Positions 20,531 through 29,681 of a stretch of 64,000 nt of DNA are shown here, in pieces. This stretch comes from a virus (Duplodnaviria; Caudoviricetes). The DNA is taken from IMG/VR virus record IMGVR_UViG_3300042154_002208; one strand, 5' to 3'. Below the pieces are notes generated by a model that did not search any database, was not told where the DNA came from, and was given only the letters and a program-made list of their open reading frames with translations. The first letter of the stretch is position 1, and each line of letters opens with the position of its first letter. A program made the translations under genes and the position numbers.

Positions 20531-21652
20531 ATGGCATTTACTTTTTCAGGCTTTGCAACCAACGGCAGTTTTAATCTGGTATGTCCTATACCTCCTCCAC
20601 CTCCCGCATATTATTTATGGGGATGGGGCAAAAATACCGATGGTACCGTAGGTGATAACACAACTACTGGTAGATCTAGTCCTGTGCAAGCCGGCACATT
20701 AACCACTTGGTTGAATGTTTCTGCAGGTGAATATCATGGTTTAGCACTTAACTCCGATGGCACCATGTGGTCTTGGGGAAGAAATAGTCAAGGTCAATTA
20801 GGGTTAGGTAATACTACACGTGTATCTAGTCCGGTGCAGGTTGGTGCTTTAACCACTTGGTCAACTATCGTAGGCGGGTCACAACACAGCTTAGCAGTTA
20901 AAACAGATGGCACATTGTGGTCATGGGGATATAATGCTTATGGTAAACTTGGACAGGGAGATACTATATCTAAATCTAGTCCAGTACAAATTGGTGGATT
21001 AACTAATTGGTTAAATGTTGCTGCTGGATATAGTTCCTCAGCTGTTAAAACAAATGGTACATTATGGACTTGGGGTTTTGGTATCTATGGTTTATTAGGG
21101 CTAGGTAATACTACACATAGATCTAGTCCAGTTCAAGTTGGTGCATTGACCAATTGGTCTAGCTCGACATTTGGATATCTACATTGTATGGCAATTAAAA
21201 CAGATGGCACGATCTGGGCATGGGGATATAATCCTAACGGACAACTTGGGTTAGGCAATACTACAAATATATCTAGTCCAGTTCAAGTTGGATCCGATAC
21301 AAATTGGGCAAGTATTGAAGCAGGTGAATATCAGACTTTAGCAATTAAAACCAATGGTACATTATGGTCATGGGGATGGAATAATTTGGGCAGACTGGGA
21401 CTCGGTAATACTACAGCATATTCAAGTCCAAAACAAATTGGTGCATTAACTACTTGGTCAAAAGTTTCTACGGGCTATCATGTCGCTGCAATTAAAACGG
21501 ATGGCACTCTTTGGGCTTGGGGAAGAAATACCGATGGTGAATTGGGTCTAGGTGATACTACAGATAGATCTAGTCCAGTTCAAATTGGCGCATCAACTGC
21601 TTGGTTAAATGTTTCGCTGGCTAATTATCATAGTATAGCAATCTCAAATTAA
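20531..21652 (+). CDS. RCC1/BLIP-II propeller paralogue (array 5/9)
   Basis: Start moved to ATG 20531 (MAFTFSG) by analogy with paralogues and the conserved spacer. Confidence 0.9.
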   Translation: MAFTFSGFATNGSFNLVCPIPPPPPAYYLWGWGKNTDGTVGDNTTTGRSSPVQAGTLTTWLNVSAGEYHGLALNSDGTMWSWGRNSQGQLGLGNTTRVSSPVQVGALTTWSTIVGGSQHSLAVKTDGTLWSWGYNAYGKLGQGDTISKSSPVQIGGLTNWLNVAAGYSSSAVKTNGTLWTWGFGIYGLLGLGNTTHRSSPVQVGALTNWSSSTFGYLHCMAIKTDGTIWAWGYNPNGQLGLGNTTNISSPVQVGSDTNWASIEAGEYQTLAIKTNGTLWSWGWNNLGRLGLGNTTAYSSPKQIGALTTWSKVSTGYHVAAIKTDGTLWAWGRNTDGELGLGDTTDRSSPVQIGASTAWLNVSLANYHSIAISN

Positions 21653-21666
21653 AAGAAGAACAAAAA

Positions 21667-22803
21667 ATGGCAGTCACATTTTCAGGCGGCGGATACGCAG
21701 GGGTAACAATTAACATAATTCAACCCACTCCTCCTCCTCCTACATACTATTTATGGGCATGGGGAGATGGCGGTAGCGGGCGATTGGGGTTAGGCGATAC
21801 CGCAAATAGATCTAGTCCAGTTCAAATTGGCGCATTAAGTAATTGGTTAAGTATTTCTATAGGCGATTACCATGGAGTTGGGCTTGACGTTGATAAAAAA
21901 CTTTGGACGTGGGGTAATAATTCCATAGGTGCTTTAGGTTTAGGTAATACTACAAATTATTCTAGCCCAGTACAAGTTGGCGCTTTAACTAACTGGGCAA
22001 TTCTGCGTGGGGGCGGAGAAGGTACAGCAGCTATTAAAACAGATGGTACCATGTGGGTATGGGGAGACGGCCGGTTTGGCAGGCTTGGGCTCGGCGATAC
22101 CGCAAATAGATCTAGTCCTACTCAGGTTGGAGCATTGACTAATTGGGCATCTATAAGTAACAGCTCTTGGAATATTTATGGAATTAAAACCGATGGCACA
22201 TTATGGGCATGGGGATATGGCTCAAGTGGCCAACTAGGCGATGGTACTACTATAAATAAATCTAGCCCAATACAAATTGGAGCATCTACAGATTGGAGCA
22301 AATGTGAAGGTGGAAACGGAATTGCGGGAGCGATTAAAACTAACGGCACACTATGGATGTGGGGATATAATTACAGAGGCAATTTAGGATTAGGCGATAT
22401 TACATATAGATCTAGTCCAGTGCAGGTTGGCGCTTTAACTAATTGGTTGCATATATCTGCTTCTAGATATAGTACAGCATCTATTAAAACAGATGGTACC
22501 TTGTGGATATGGGGTAGCAATTATGCTGGAACATTGGGCTTAGGTGATACTATACATAGATCTAGTCCAGTACAAGTTGGCGCACTAACTACTTGGTCAA
22601 AACTTGCTATTCCACAAGCAACATATTCGCGTGCAGCAATTAAAACAGATGGTACCTTGTGGACGTGGGGTAGCAATGGTAGTGGCCAGTTGGGGGTGGG
22701 AGATACTGCGAATAGAGGTAGTCCAGTACAAGTTGGGACCAATACAAACTGGGTAGAAGTAGTTCAAGGTAACGCCTCAAAGTTTGCATTAACCCCACAA
22801 TAA
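21667..22803 (+). CDS. RCC1/BLIP-II propeller paralogue (array 6/9)
   Basis: MAVTFSG...PTPPPP + 7 repeats. Confidence 0.9.
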   Translation: MAVTFSGGGYAGVTINIIQPTPPPPTYYLWAWGDGGSGRLGLGDTANRSSPVQIGALSNWLSISIGDYHGVGLDVDKKLWTWGNNSIGALGLGNTTNYSSPVQVGALTNWAILRGGGEGTAAIKTDGTMWVWGDGRFGRLGLGDTANRSSPTQVGALTNWASISNSSWNIYGIKTDGTLWAWGYGSSGQLGDGTTINKSSPIQIGASTDWSKCEGGNGIAGAIKTNGTLWMWGYNYRGNLGLGDITYRSSPVQVGALTNWLHISASRYSTASIKTDGTLWIWGSNYAGTLGLGDTIHRSSPVQVGALTTWSKLAIPQATYSRAAIKTDGTLWTWGSNGSGQLGVGDTANRGSPVQVGTNTNWVEVVQGNASKFALTPQ

Positions 22804-22820
22804 TTAAAAAGAAAAACAAA

Positions 22821-23951
22821 ATGGCATTTACTATTTCAGGAATCGGTGGATACTCGGGTATATCATTTACCACTACTCAACCACCACCACCTCCGATATA
22901 TTATCTTTGGTCATGGGGTCAAGGTATTAGTGGTCGATTGGGGTTAGGTAATACTACAGATTATTCTTCTCCAAAACAGATTGGTGCATTGACCACTTGG
23001 TCAAGTATTGCTGCAGCAGAAGGTTGGGCAATGGCTCTAAAAACAGATGGCACAATGTGGTCTTGGGGCAGAAATTATGCAGGTCAATTAGGCTTAGGTA
23101 ATACTATATATTATTCTTCTCCAAAACAGATTGGAGCTTTAACTACTTGGGCAAATATTAGTACAGGGAAAGCGTCTAATATGTTTGCTATAAAAACCAA
23201 TGGTACCTTATGGGCGTGGGGTGGTAATTATGGTTACAAGTTAGGATTGGGCAATACTACATCATATTCTAGTCCAGTACAAGTAGGTTCCTTAACTGAT
23301 TGGGCAATTATAATTTCACTTGCTGGAAACGGTGCTGCAGCAATTAAAACCAATGGTACTATGTGGTCATGGGGACAAGGATCTAACGGGCAATTGGGAT
23401 TGGGTAATACTACAAATACATCTAGCCCACAACAAATTGGCGCTTTAACCACTTGGTCAAATATTACTAATATTAGATTTGGTGCCCTTGCAACTAAAAC
23501 AGATGGAACTTTATGGACATGGGGCGCTAATGGTTACGGCGAACTTGGATTGGGCGATACTACAAATAGATCTAGTCCTGTACAGATTGGCGCATTAACT
23601 ACTTGGCAAAGTGTTTCCGCTGGGTATTATCACGGCCTGGCTGTAAAAACAGATGGTACTTTATGGTCTTGGGGAAGAAATGCAGTAGGCTCATTGGGGT
23701 TAGGAGATACTACAAATAGATCTAGTCCAGTACAAGTTGGTGCATTAACTACTTGGTTAAATATTTCAGGAGGTGTTGAACACAATCTGGCCATTAAAAC
23801 AGATGGTACCATGTGGTCATGGGGCGATAATCAATCTGGTCGATTGGGTATAGGCGATACCACAAATAGATCTAGTCCAGTGCAGATTGGATCATTAACA
23901 AATTGGGCAAATGTTTCTGCAGGTGGTTCTTTCAGCCTGGCTATCGGTTAA
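22821..23951 (+). CDS. RCC1/BLIP-II propeller paralogue (array 7/9)
   Basis: MAFTISG...PPPPP + 7 repeats. Confidence 0.9.
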   Translation: MAFTISGIGGYSGISFTTTQPPPPPIYYLWSWGQGISGRLGLGNTTDYSSPKQIGALTTWSSIAAAEGWAMALKTDGTMWSWGRNYAGQLGLGNTIYYSSPKQIGALTTWANISTGKASNMFAIKTNGTLWAWGGNYGYKLGLGNTTSYSSPVQVGSLTDWAIIISLAGNGAAAIKTNGTMWSWGQGSNGQLGLGNTTNTSSPQQIGALTTWSNITNIRFGALATKTDGTLWTWGANGYGELGLGDTTNRSSPVQIGALTTWQSVSAGYYHGLAVKTDGTLWSWGRNAVGSLGLGDTTNRSSPVQVGALTTWLNISGGVEHNLAIKTDGTMWSWGDNQSGRLGIGDTTNRSSPVQIGSLTNWANVSAGGSFSLAIG

Positions 23952-23977
23952 AAAAAAAATAAAAAAGAAGAACAAAA

Positions 23978-25105
23978 ATGGCATTTACTTTATCTGGCAT
24001 AAGCGACATAACCGGTCTTAACCTCACAACTACTCAACCTGTGCCTCCAGAATTTTACTTATGGTCATGGGGTTACCATGGTGGATATGGGCAACTCGGT
24101 TTAGGTGATGCTACTATAAGTAGATCTAGTCCAACACAGGTTGGCTCATTAACTAATTGGAGCAGTACTGCAGGAAAATACCTTCTGTCAATTGCCGCAA
24201 AAACCGACGGCACCATGTGGTCATGGGGTTACAATTCACAAGGTCGATTGGGGTTAGGCGATACCATACATAGATCTAGTCCTGTACAAATTGGAGCATT
24301 AACCACTTGGGCAAAAATAACCGCAATAAATACTGGCGGAGTTGCTATTAAAACAGACGGCACCTTATGGACATGGGGCGGTAATTATTACGGGGCATTG
24401 GGCGTAGGTGATACCATACATAGATCTAGTCCGGTACAAGTTGGTGCATTAACTACTTGGTTAAATATTTCAGGTGGTACATATCACACCATGGCAACTA
24501 AAACAGATGGCACCCTATGGATGTGGGGTAGAAACTATCATGGTCGATTGGGGTTAGGTGATACTAATAATAGATCTAGTCCAGTACAAGTTGGCGCATT
24601 AACTAATTGGTTAAAAGTTTCTGCGGCATATAACAATGCGGCCATCAAAACAGATGGTACAATGTGGGTATGGGGTCGCAATAACACCGGGCAATTGGGT
24701 TTGGGAGATACCACAAGCAGATCTAGTCCAACACAAGTTGGTGCTTTAACTACTTGGTTAAATGTTGCTGCAGGCACTTATACTAACATGGCCATTAAAA
24801 CAGACGGCACCATGTGGTCTTGGGGCAGGAATGCATACGGTCAATTGGGTTTAGGTAATACCACAGATAGATCTAGTCCAGTACAAGTTGGCGCATTAAC
24901 TAATTGGTCAAGTGTTAGTAGTCTAGGCCTCACCACGCATGCAATTAAAACAGATGGTACCATGTGGGCATGGGGCTCTAATGCAGATGGTAAATTAGGA
25001 TTAGGCAATACTACAAACTATTCAAGCCCTAAACAAATTGGCGCACGCACTACGTGGATTAGTGTTACGAACACAGACTACGTGATCCTGGCAATCTCAA
25101 ATTAA
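23978..25105 (+). CDS. RCC1/BLIP-II propeller paralogue (array 8/9)
   Basis: MAFTLSG...PVPP + 7 repeats. Confidence 0.9.
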   Translation: MAFTLSGISDITGLNLTTTQPVPPEFYLWSWGYHGGYGQLGLGDATISRSSPTQVGSLTNWSSTAGKYLLSIAAKTDGTMWSWGYNSQGRLGLGDTIHRSSPVQIGALTTWAKITAINTGGVAIKTDGTLWTWGGNYYGALGVGDTIHRSSPVQVGALTTWLNISGGTYHTMATKTDGTLWMWGRNYHGRLGLGDTNNRSSPVQVGALTNWLKVSAAYNNAAIKTDGTMWVWGRNNTGQLGLGDTTSRSSPTQVGALTTWLNVAAGTYTNMAIKTDGTMWSWGRNAYGQLGLGNTTDRSSPVQVGALTNWSSVSSLGLTTHAIKTDGTMWAWGSNADGKLGLGNTTNYSSPKQIGARTTWISVTNTDYVILAISN

Positions 25106-25120
25106 AAAGAAAAACAAAAA

Positions 25121-26242
25121 ATGGCATTTACTTTTTCAGGCTTAAATTTCGTCGGCGACGTTAGCGCGCAAGCAGTCTTTCCCACTCCCGAACCTTATTT
25201 GTGGGGGTTTGGGCACAATGCTTATGGTCAGTTGGGAGATGGTACCACTACAAATAGATCTAGTCCAGTACAGGTTGGCGCAGGAACCACTTGGTCAAAG
25301 ATTGAGGCAGGTCAAAGTCAAAGCGTAGCCCTCAAAACAGATGGTACCATGTGGTCATGGGGTAACAACAGCGCGGGTCGATTAGGGTTAGGCGATACTA
25401 CCAATAGATCTAGTCCAGTACAAATAGGTTCTCTAACTACTTGGTCAAAAATAATCAGTAAAGTTCATTCGTTAGCTATAAAAACGGATGGATCTTTGTG
25501 GGGCTGGGGTAGAAATGGTTTCGCGGGCTTAGGTCTAGGCAATACCACATATTATTCAAGTCCAAAACAAATAGGCGCATTAACCAATTGGTCGAATATT
25601 TCTGCACGTGGCCATAGTCTGGCAATTAAAACAGATGGTACCTTGTGGTCTTGGGGCGGCAATAGTTCTGGCAATCTAGGCCTAGGTAATACTACAGGTA
25701 TATCTAGTCCACAACAAGTTGGTTCATTGACAAATTGGCTAAGTGTAGCTGCCGGCGGATATTTTAGTTCAGCTGTCAAAACAGGTGGTACATTATGGGC
25801 ATGGGGAAGTAATCAATTTGGGCAATTGGGTTTAGGTGATACCGCAAATAGATCTAGTCCAGTACAGATTGGATCATTGACAAATTGGTTAAGTGTTGCC
25901 GGAGGCCAATATCATATTTCAGCAATTAAAACCGACGGCACTCTATGGACATGTGGCCGCGGCAGCAGTGGCGCGCTTGGCGTAGGCGATACCGAAAATA
26001 GATCTAGCCCAACTCAGGTTGGCGCATTAACTACTTGGTACATCAGCTCAAGCAGCAACGGTTTTAATTATTCAATTAAAACAGATGGGACATTGTGGAC
26101 ATGGGGCAGAAATGATTTCTATGGACAACTTGGTTTAGGTGATACTGCAAATAGATCTAGCCCAGTTCAGGTCGGAGCATTAACTAATTGGACAAATATT
26201 GCCACTGGAGAAATTCATGGCTTAGCAATTTCAACTGGATAA
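25121..26242 (+). CDS. RCC1/BLIP-II propeller paralogue (array 9/9)
   Basis: MAFTFSG...PTPEP + 7 repeats. Confidence 0.9.
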   Translation: MAFTFSGLNFVGDVSAQAVFPTPEPYLWGFGHNAYGQLGDGTTTNRSSPVQVGAGTTWSKIEAGQSQSVALKTDGTMWSWGNNSAGRLGLGDTTNRSSPVQIGSLTTWSKIISKVHSLAIKTDGSLWGWGRNGFAGLGLGNTTYYSSPKQIGALTNWSNISARGHSLAIKTDGTLWSWGGNSSGNLGLGNTTGISSPQQVGSLTNWLSVAAGGYFSSAVKTGGTLWAWGSNQFGQLGLGDTANRSSPVQIGSLTNWLSVAGGQYHISAIKTDGTLWTCGRGSSGALGVGDTENRSSPTQVGALTTWYISSSSNGFNYSIKTDGTLWTWGRNDFYGQLGLGDTANRSSPVQVGALTNWTNIATGEIHGLAISTG

Positions 26243-26259
26243 CACAGTATTTGTGTTTT
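26241..26259 (+). terminator. Weak hairpin at the end of the propeller array
   Basis: AACACA-GTATT-TGTGTT followed by TT; AT-rich stem. Confidence 0.3.
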
Positions 26260-26266
26260 AACAGGC

Positions 26267-26274
26267 AATAAATA
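26267..26274 (+). promoter_or_regulatory. T4-like late promoter variant AATAAATA
   Basis: GGCAATAAATA upstream of the GGAG RBS and ATG 26306. Confidence 0.55.
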
Positions 26275-26305
26275 ATAAACAATTTTAACATGGAGTGATT
26301 AAATT

Positions 26306-27097
26306 ATGACACAGAGAATTTTAGTAATGGGTTTACCAGGCTCAGGCAAGACATATCTTTCCCAGTATATTTTAGAATACCTGCAAAGAGAAAAGAAAAC
26401 AGTTTCTTGGCTCAATGCTGATGATGTTCGTAAAAAATACAATGATTGGGATTTCAGTAAAGAGGGTCGCATTCGTCAAAGTTTACGTATGCGAGAACTT
26501 GCTGATGGCATGACAACTGATTATGTTATTTGCGATTTTGTTGCACCTTTACCCGAGATGCGAAACAATTTCAAAGCAGACTGGACTGTATGGGTTGATA
26601 CAATTGAAAAAGGCCGCTTTGAAGATACCAACAAGGCATTTGTGCCGCCAGATGTATATGACTTTAGAATAACAGAACAAAATGCAGAGAAGTGGGCAGA
26701 GTTTATTGTGGCTCACATTTATGATAACAGACGCAGACCAACATTTGACTGGCAAAAAGAAAGCGCGTTGCTATTAGGCAGATATCAACCGTGGCACCCT
26801 GGGCATAGAGCATTGTTCGAAAGAGCAATTGCCAAGACAGGACAAGTTATTATACAAGTACGCGATTGTCAAGGTTGGAATGGTTCTAATCCTTTCGAAT
26901 TTAGGAAAGTTAAAGAATTTATTGAGAGAGATCTCGATACTTTATTTCAAGGGCAATATCAAATTATGTTAGTTCCTAACATAACCGAAATTGTTTATGG
27001 AAGAGATGTTGGCTACAGAATAACGCAGGAAACATTTTCTGACGAGATACATTCTATTTCTGCTACGAAAATTCGTAAAGAAATGGGATTGCAATAA
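26306..27097 (+). CDS. cysC: Adenylylsulfate (APS) kinase fused to an HxGH nucleotidyltransferase domain (possible minimal PAPS synthase)
   Basis: GLPGSGKT P-loop, LNADDVR, EGRIRQ, DFVAP (CysC-like); C-term GRYQPWHPGH, YGRD, ISATKIR. Confidence 0.75.
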   Translation: MTQRILVMGLPGSGKTYLSQYILEYLQREKKTVSWLNADDVRKKYNDWDFSKEGRIRQSLRMRELADGMTTDYVICDFVAPLPEMRNNFKADWTVWVDTIEKGRFEDTNKAFVPPDVYDFRITEQNAEKWAEFIVAHIYDNRRRPTFDWQKESALLLGRYQPWHPGHRALFERAIAKTGQVIIQVRDCQGWNGSNPFEFRKVKEFIERDLDTLFQGQYQIMLVPNITEIVYGRDVGYRITQETFSDEIHSISATKIRKEMGLQ

Positions 27098-27100
27098 ATA
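27093..27100 (+). promoter_or_regulatory. Late promoter variant AATAAATA overlapping the APS kinase stop
   Basis: GCAATAAATA, 17 nt before the endonuclease ATG. Confidence 0.45.
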
Positions 27101-27116
27101 TATTTAGGCAAAATTT

Positions 27117-27761
27117 ATGGATTCTTTTGTATATCAATGGACTAATTTAACATTAGGTAAAATTTATATAGGTTTCCATAAAGGAACAGAAGACGATGGA
27201 TATGTTTGTTCATCTTCTTCTGAAACCTTTTGGCGAGAATTTAAAGATCCTAACAATGTTTGGGAAAGAAAAATTATATCAAAAGGCACAATGAAGGAAT
27301 GTCAATTATTAGAATCTGCATTATTAGATTCAATTGATATTACATCCGACTCGGTGTATAATAATCGAAATTCATTAATGTTTAATTTTAATGAAGAGGT
27401 TCGCGCTAAATTAAGAGCTGCTGCCCTGGAAAGAGGAAAAGACCCTGAATATAGAAAAACACAATCGGAAAGAACAAAGGCAAATTGGGCTGCAAATCCT
27501 GAACGTAGGATTTTGCAAAGTCAAAAAGCAAAGCAACAAATAAGAACTGATATAACTAAAGAAAAAATAAAAATAGCAAGATCTAAACAAGTTATAACCC
27601 CTGAGTCAAGAAATAAAGCGGCCGCAACTATTAAAAACACCCCCAACGTAATGTGTCCGCATTGTAATAAAGTTGGAAGATATTTGGGCAGTATGAAAAA
27701 GAGACATTTTGAAAAATGTACATATAATAAAATAATGGAAAAATCCATTATAAATAACTAA
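27117..27761 (+). mobile_element. Free-standing Seg-like GIY-YIG homing endonuclease with NUMOD3-like basic C-terminus
   Basis: FVYQWTN...IYIGFHKG...DGYVCSS, E..LL, YNN; basic helical repeats and terminal CPHC. Confidence 0.75.
27749..27756 (+). promoter_or_regulatory. T4 late promoter TATAAATA
   Basis: Exact consensus in the last codons of the endonuclease, upstream of 27782. Confidence 0.7.
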
Positions 27762-27781
27762 CAGACGCAATTGGTACCAGA

Positions 27782-28222
27782 ATGGCAAAATCAAAATTAT
27801 CAGAATTAACCGCAGCAACACAAGTTAATAAACCCGATGCAATGTATCTGGTTCAAAGCGGTGTAAGCAAACAAGTCAACACATCTATTTTATTTGCCGG
27901 GATTACTGATCCCACAATAAAAGGTAATATTGTACTTGGCGGAACTCCTCAGGATATGACTTCTGCCAGCGTTGTTAACATAACCACTCCCATAACATAC
28001 TTGGGAGTGGGTTCTTCTCAAAGTACAATTTCTATTCCCAACGGTGCCAATGGTCAAGTTAAAGTATTGTTAACAACATCCACTGCCAATGGATCGTTTA
28101 TACTGAACACCAATGTGGCCAACAGTGCAAACATTATTTTTAGCAATGTGGGCGACAGTGCAACATTGTTGTATACCAATAACAAATGGTTTATGATAGG
28201 TGGAACTGCTCGGGTAGCATAA
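27782..28222 (+). CDS. Virion structural protein (fibre-like N-terminal KLSELT motif, beta-rich C-domain)
   Basis: MAKSKLSELTAA start typical of fibre proteins; GDSATLLY...KWFMIG tip. Confidence 0.6.
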   Translation: MAKSKLSELTAATQVNKPDAMYLVQSGVSKQVNTSILFAGITDPTIKGNIVLGGTPQDMTSASVVNITTPITYLGVGSSQSTISIPNGANGQVKVLLTTSTANGSFILNTNVANSANIIFSNVGDSATLLYTNNKWFMIGGTARVA

Positions 28223-28223
28223 C

Positions 28224-29120
28224 ATGGCAAGATTTACTTTAAATAATGTTAGTTTTTCCGGAAGCATAAACACCGCTGAAGCACCAGTTGCGGCCGCAGG
28301 CGGAGGCGGGTTGTATACCTATACCAGTCCCATAACAATATCCTCTAATAGATCATTATCCGGACCAAATGATTCTACACCTACTACAGGACAATCTGCC
28401 GCAGAAATTTATGGGTATTTTAATTCATCGTCACAAACCGATGCGTATAATGCCATGGTTGCCGCCACATATATCAAAATACCTTCCGCGGCAGGCTACA
28501 TTTATTTTACAATTCCAGAAACAGGTACCTGGCGAATAAAAGCTCAAGGTGGATCTGGAGGATACACAAATAAAAGTTCAATGATGGGTGCTGCAGTACA
28601 GGGTGATTTTTCACTAACGTCTGGCGATGTGCTTTGGATAACTATAGGCGGAGCCGGTGCATATGGAAATGCAGGTAGTTCTGATCTGGCTGGCGGTGCA
28701 GGTGGAGGATTTAGCGTGGTTGCAAAATCATCTTCAGGAAGCTCGACATTCTCAGGTGGCGATATGACGGCATTGCTAGTTGCAGCCGGTGGTCTGGGTC
28801 AAACTGAAGGAAGGCACGGATCTTATGCTTCTGCCTCAAGCTCAGCTAATGGAACAGGCGGAACAGGATTCAATACCAATTGGAAAAATCAGAATATACC
28901 TGGCGGGGGATCTGGGTACGGCGGGCAGACAACATATGGTGGCTTTGGCGGTGGAACCGGTACGGATGATGGGTTTGGCGGTGCAGGATCGTACGATGAT
29001 TTATATGCTGGCGCGCCAAACTCATTTGTAAACGCATCTGCAGCTAATATAGTAAGAGAAAATACCGGCACATTGGTATCATCATGGAATCACGGTGCAG
29101 TGCGATTAACTAAACTATGA
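28224..29120 (+). CDS. Glycine-rich tail/adhesin protein
   Basis: WRIKAQGGSGG, GAGGG, LLVAAGG, FGGGTG motifs; N-term MARFTLNNVSFSGSI. Confidence 0.7.
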   Translation: MARFTLNNVSFSGSINTAEAPVAAAGGGGLYTYTSPITISSNRSLSGPNDSTPTTGQSAAEIYGYFNSSSQTDAYNAMVAATYIKIPSAAGYIYFTIPETGTWRIKAQGGSGGYTNKSSMMGAAVQGDFSLTSGDVLWITIGGAGAYGNAGSSDLAGGAGGGFSVVAKSSSGSSTFSGGDMTALLVAAGGLGQTEGRHGSYASASSSANGTGGTGFNTNWKNQNIPGGGSGYGGQTTYGGFGGGTGTDDGFGGAGSYDDLYAGAPNSFVNASAANIVRENTGTLVSSWNHGAVRLTKL

Positions 29121-29671
29121 TAAAAGTAATTGATAATTTTTTACCCAATGTTCTTTTTAGACGAGTTAAGGATACTTTAAATTCGTCTCAGTTCAAATGG
29201 AGCAGGTATGAAAATATTGTAGGCAATGCTGCAAAGGTCGATCCATATAAAACAGTTGATGGATTTTCATCTATAGTTGATATTAGAAATACAAAAGAAA
29301 CTGGAATTTTTATTCCGTTGTTAGATTATGTTGCAGAAGAATTAAATGTTAGTCCCCATGCTGTTATGAGAATGTATATCAATCTGACAACTCCTCAATA
29401 TGGGTGGAATGTTGGAGATATATCATATCCTCACATTGATGATAATGAACCGCATACTGTTGCACTATTTTATATAGATGATGCAGATGGCGATACATAC
29501 TTATTTGATAACTATGGGCCATCTATGAAACAAGAATTTAAGGTTAAGGAAATTATAAAACCTGAACCTAATAAATTATTATTATTTGACGGAATGCAAT
29601 TCCATGCAGGAAATCCGCCATTGACAAGCAAAAAAAGAATTGTTGTTAACATGAATTTTAGAAAACAATAA
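29117..29671 (+). CDS. 2OG-Fe(II) oxygenase
   Basis: IKVIDNFL; PHID...FYIDDADGDT...NKLLLFDG..FH...RIVVNMNF. Confidence 0.8.
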   Translation: MIKVIDNFLPNVLFRRVKDTLNSSQFKWSRYENIVGNAAKVDPYKTVDGFSSIVDIRNTKETGIFIPLLDYVAEELNVSPHAVMRMYINLTTPQYGWNVGDISYPHIDDNEPHTVALFYIDDADGDTYLFDNYGPSMKQEFKVKEIIKPEPNKLLLFDGMQFHAGNPPLTSKKRIVVNMNFRKQ

Positions 29672-29681
29672 AGATAGAATA

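Noticed and set aside
15933-26242. Diversity-generating retroelement (TR/VR) behind propeller variation
   Set aside because: No reverse transcriptase or non-coding template repeat in the window, and differences between repeats are not confined to adenines. An RT elsewhere in the genome cannot be excluded.
15933-26242. Shufflon or invertible adhesin cassette
   Set aside because: All paralogues are complete, co-oriented genes with their own starts; no recombinase and no flanking inverted repeats were seen.
671-26242. CRISPR array suggested by the recurring AATAGATCTAGTCC motif
   Set aside because: The repeats lie in frame within coding sequence at ~150-bp blade period; there are no cas genes.
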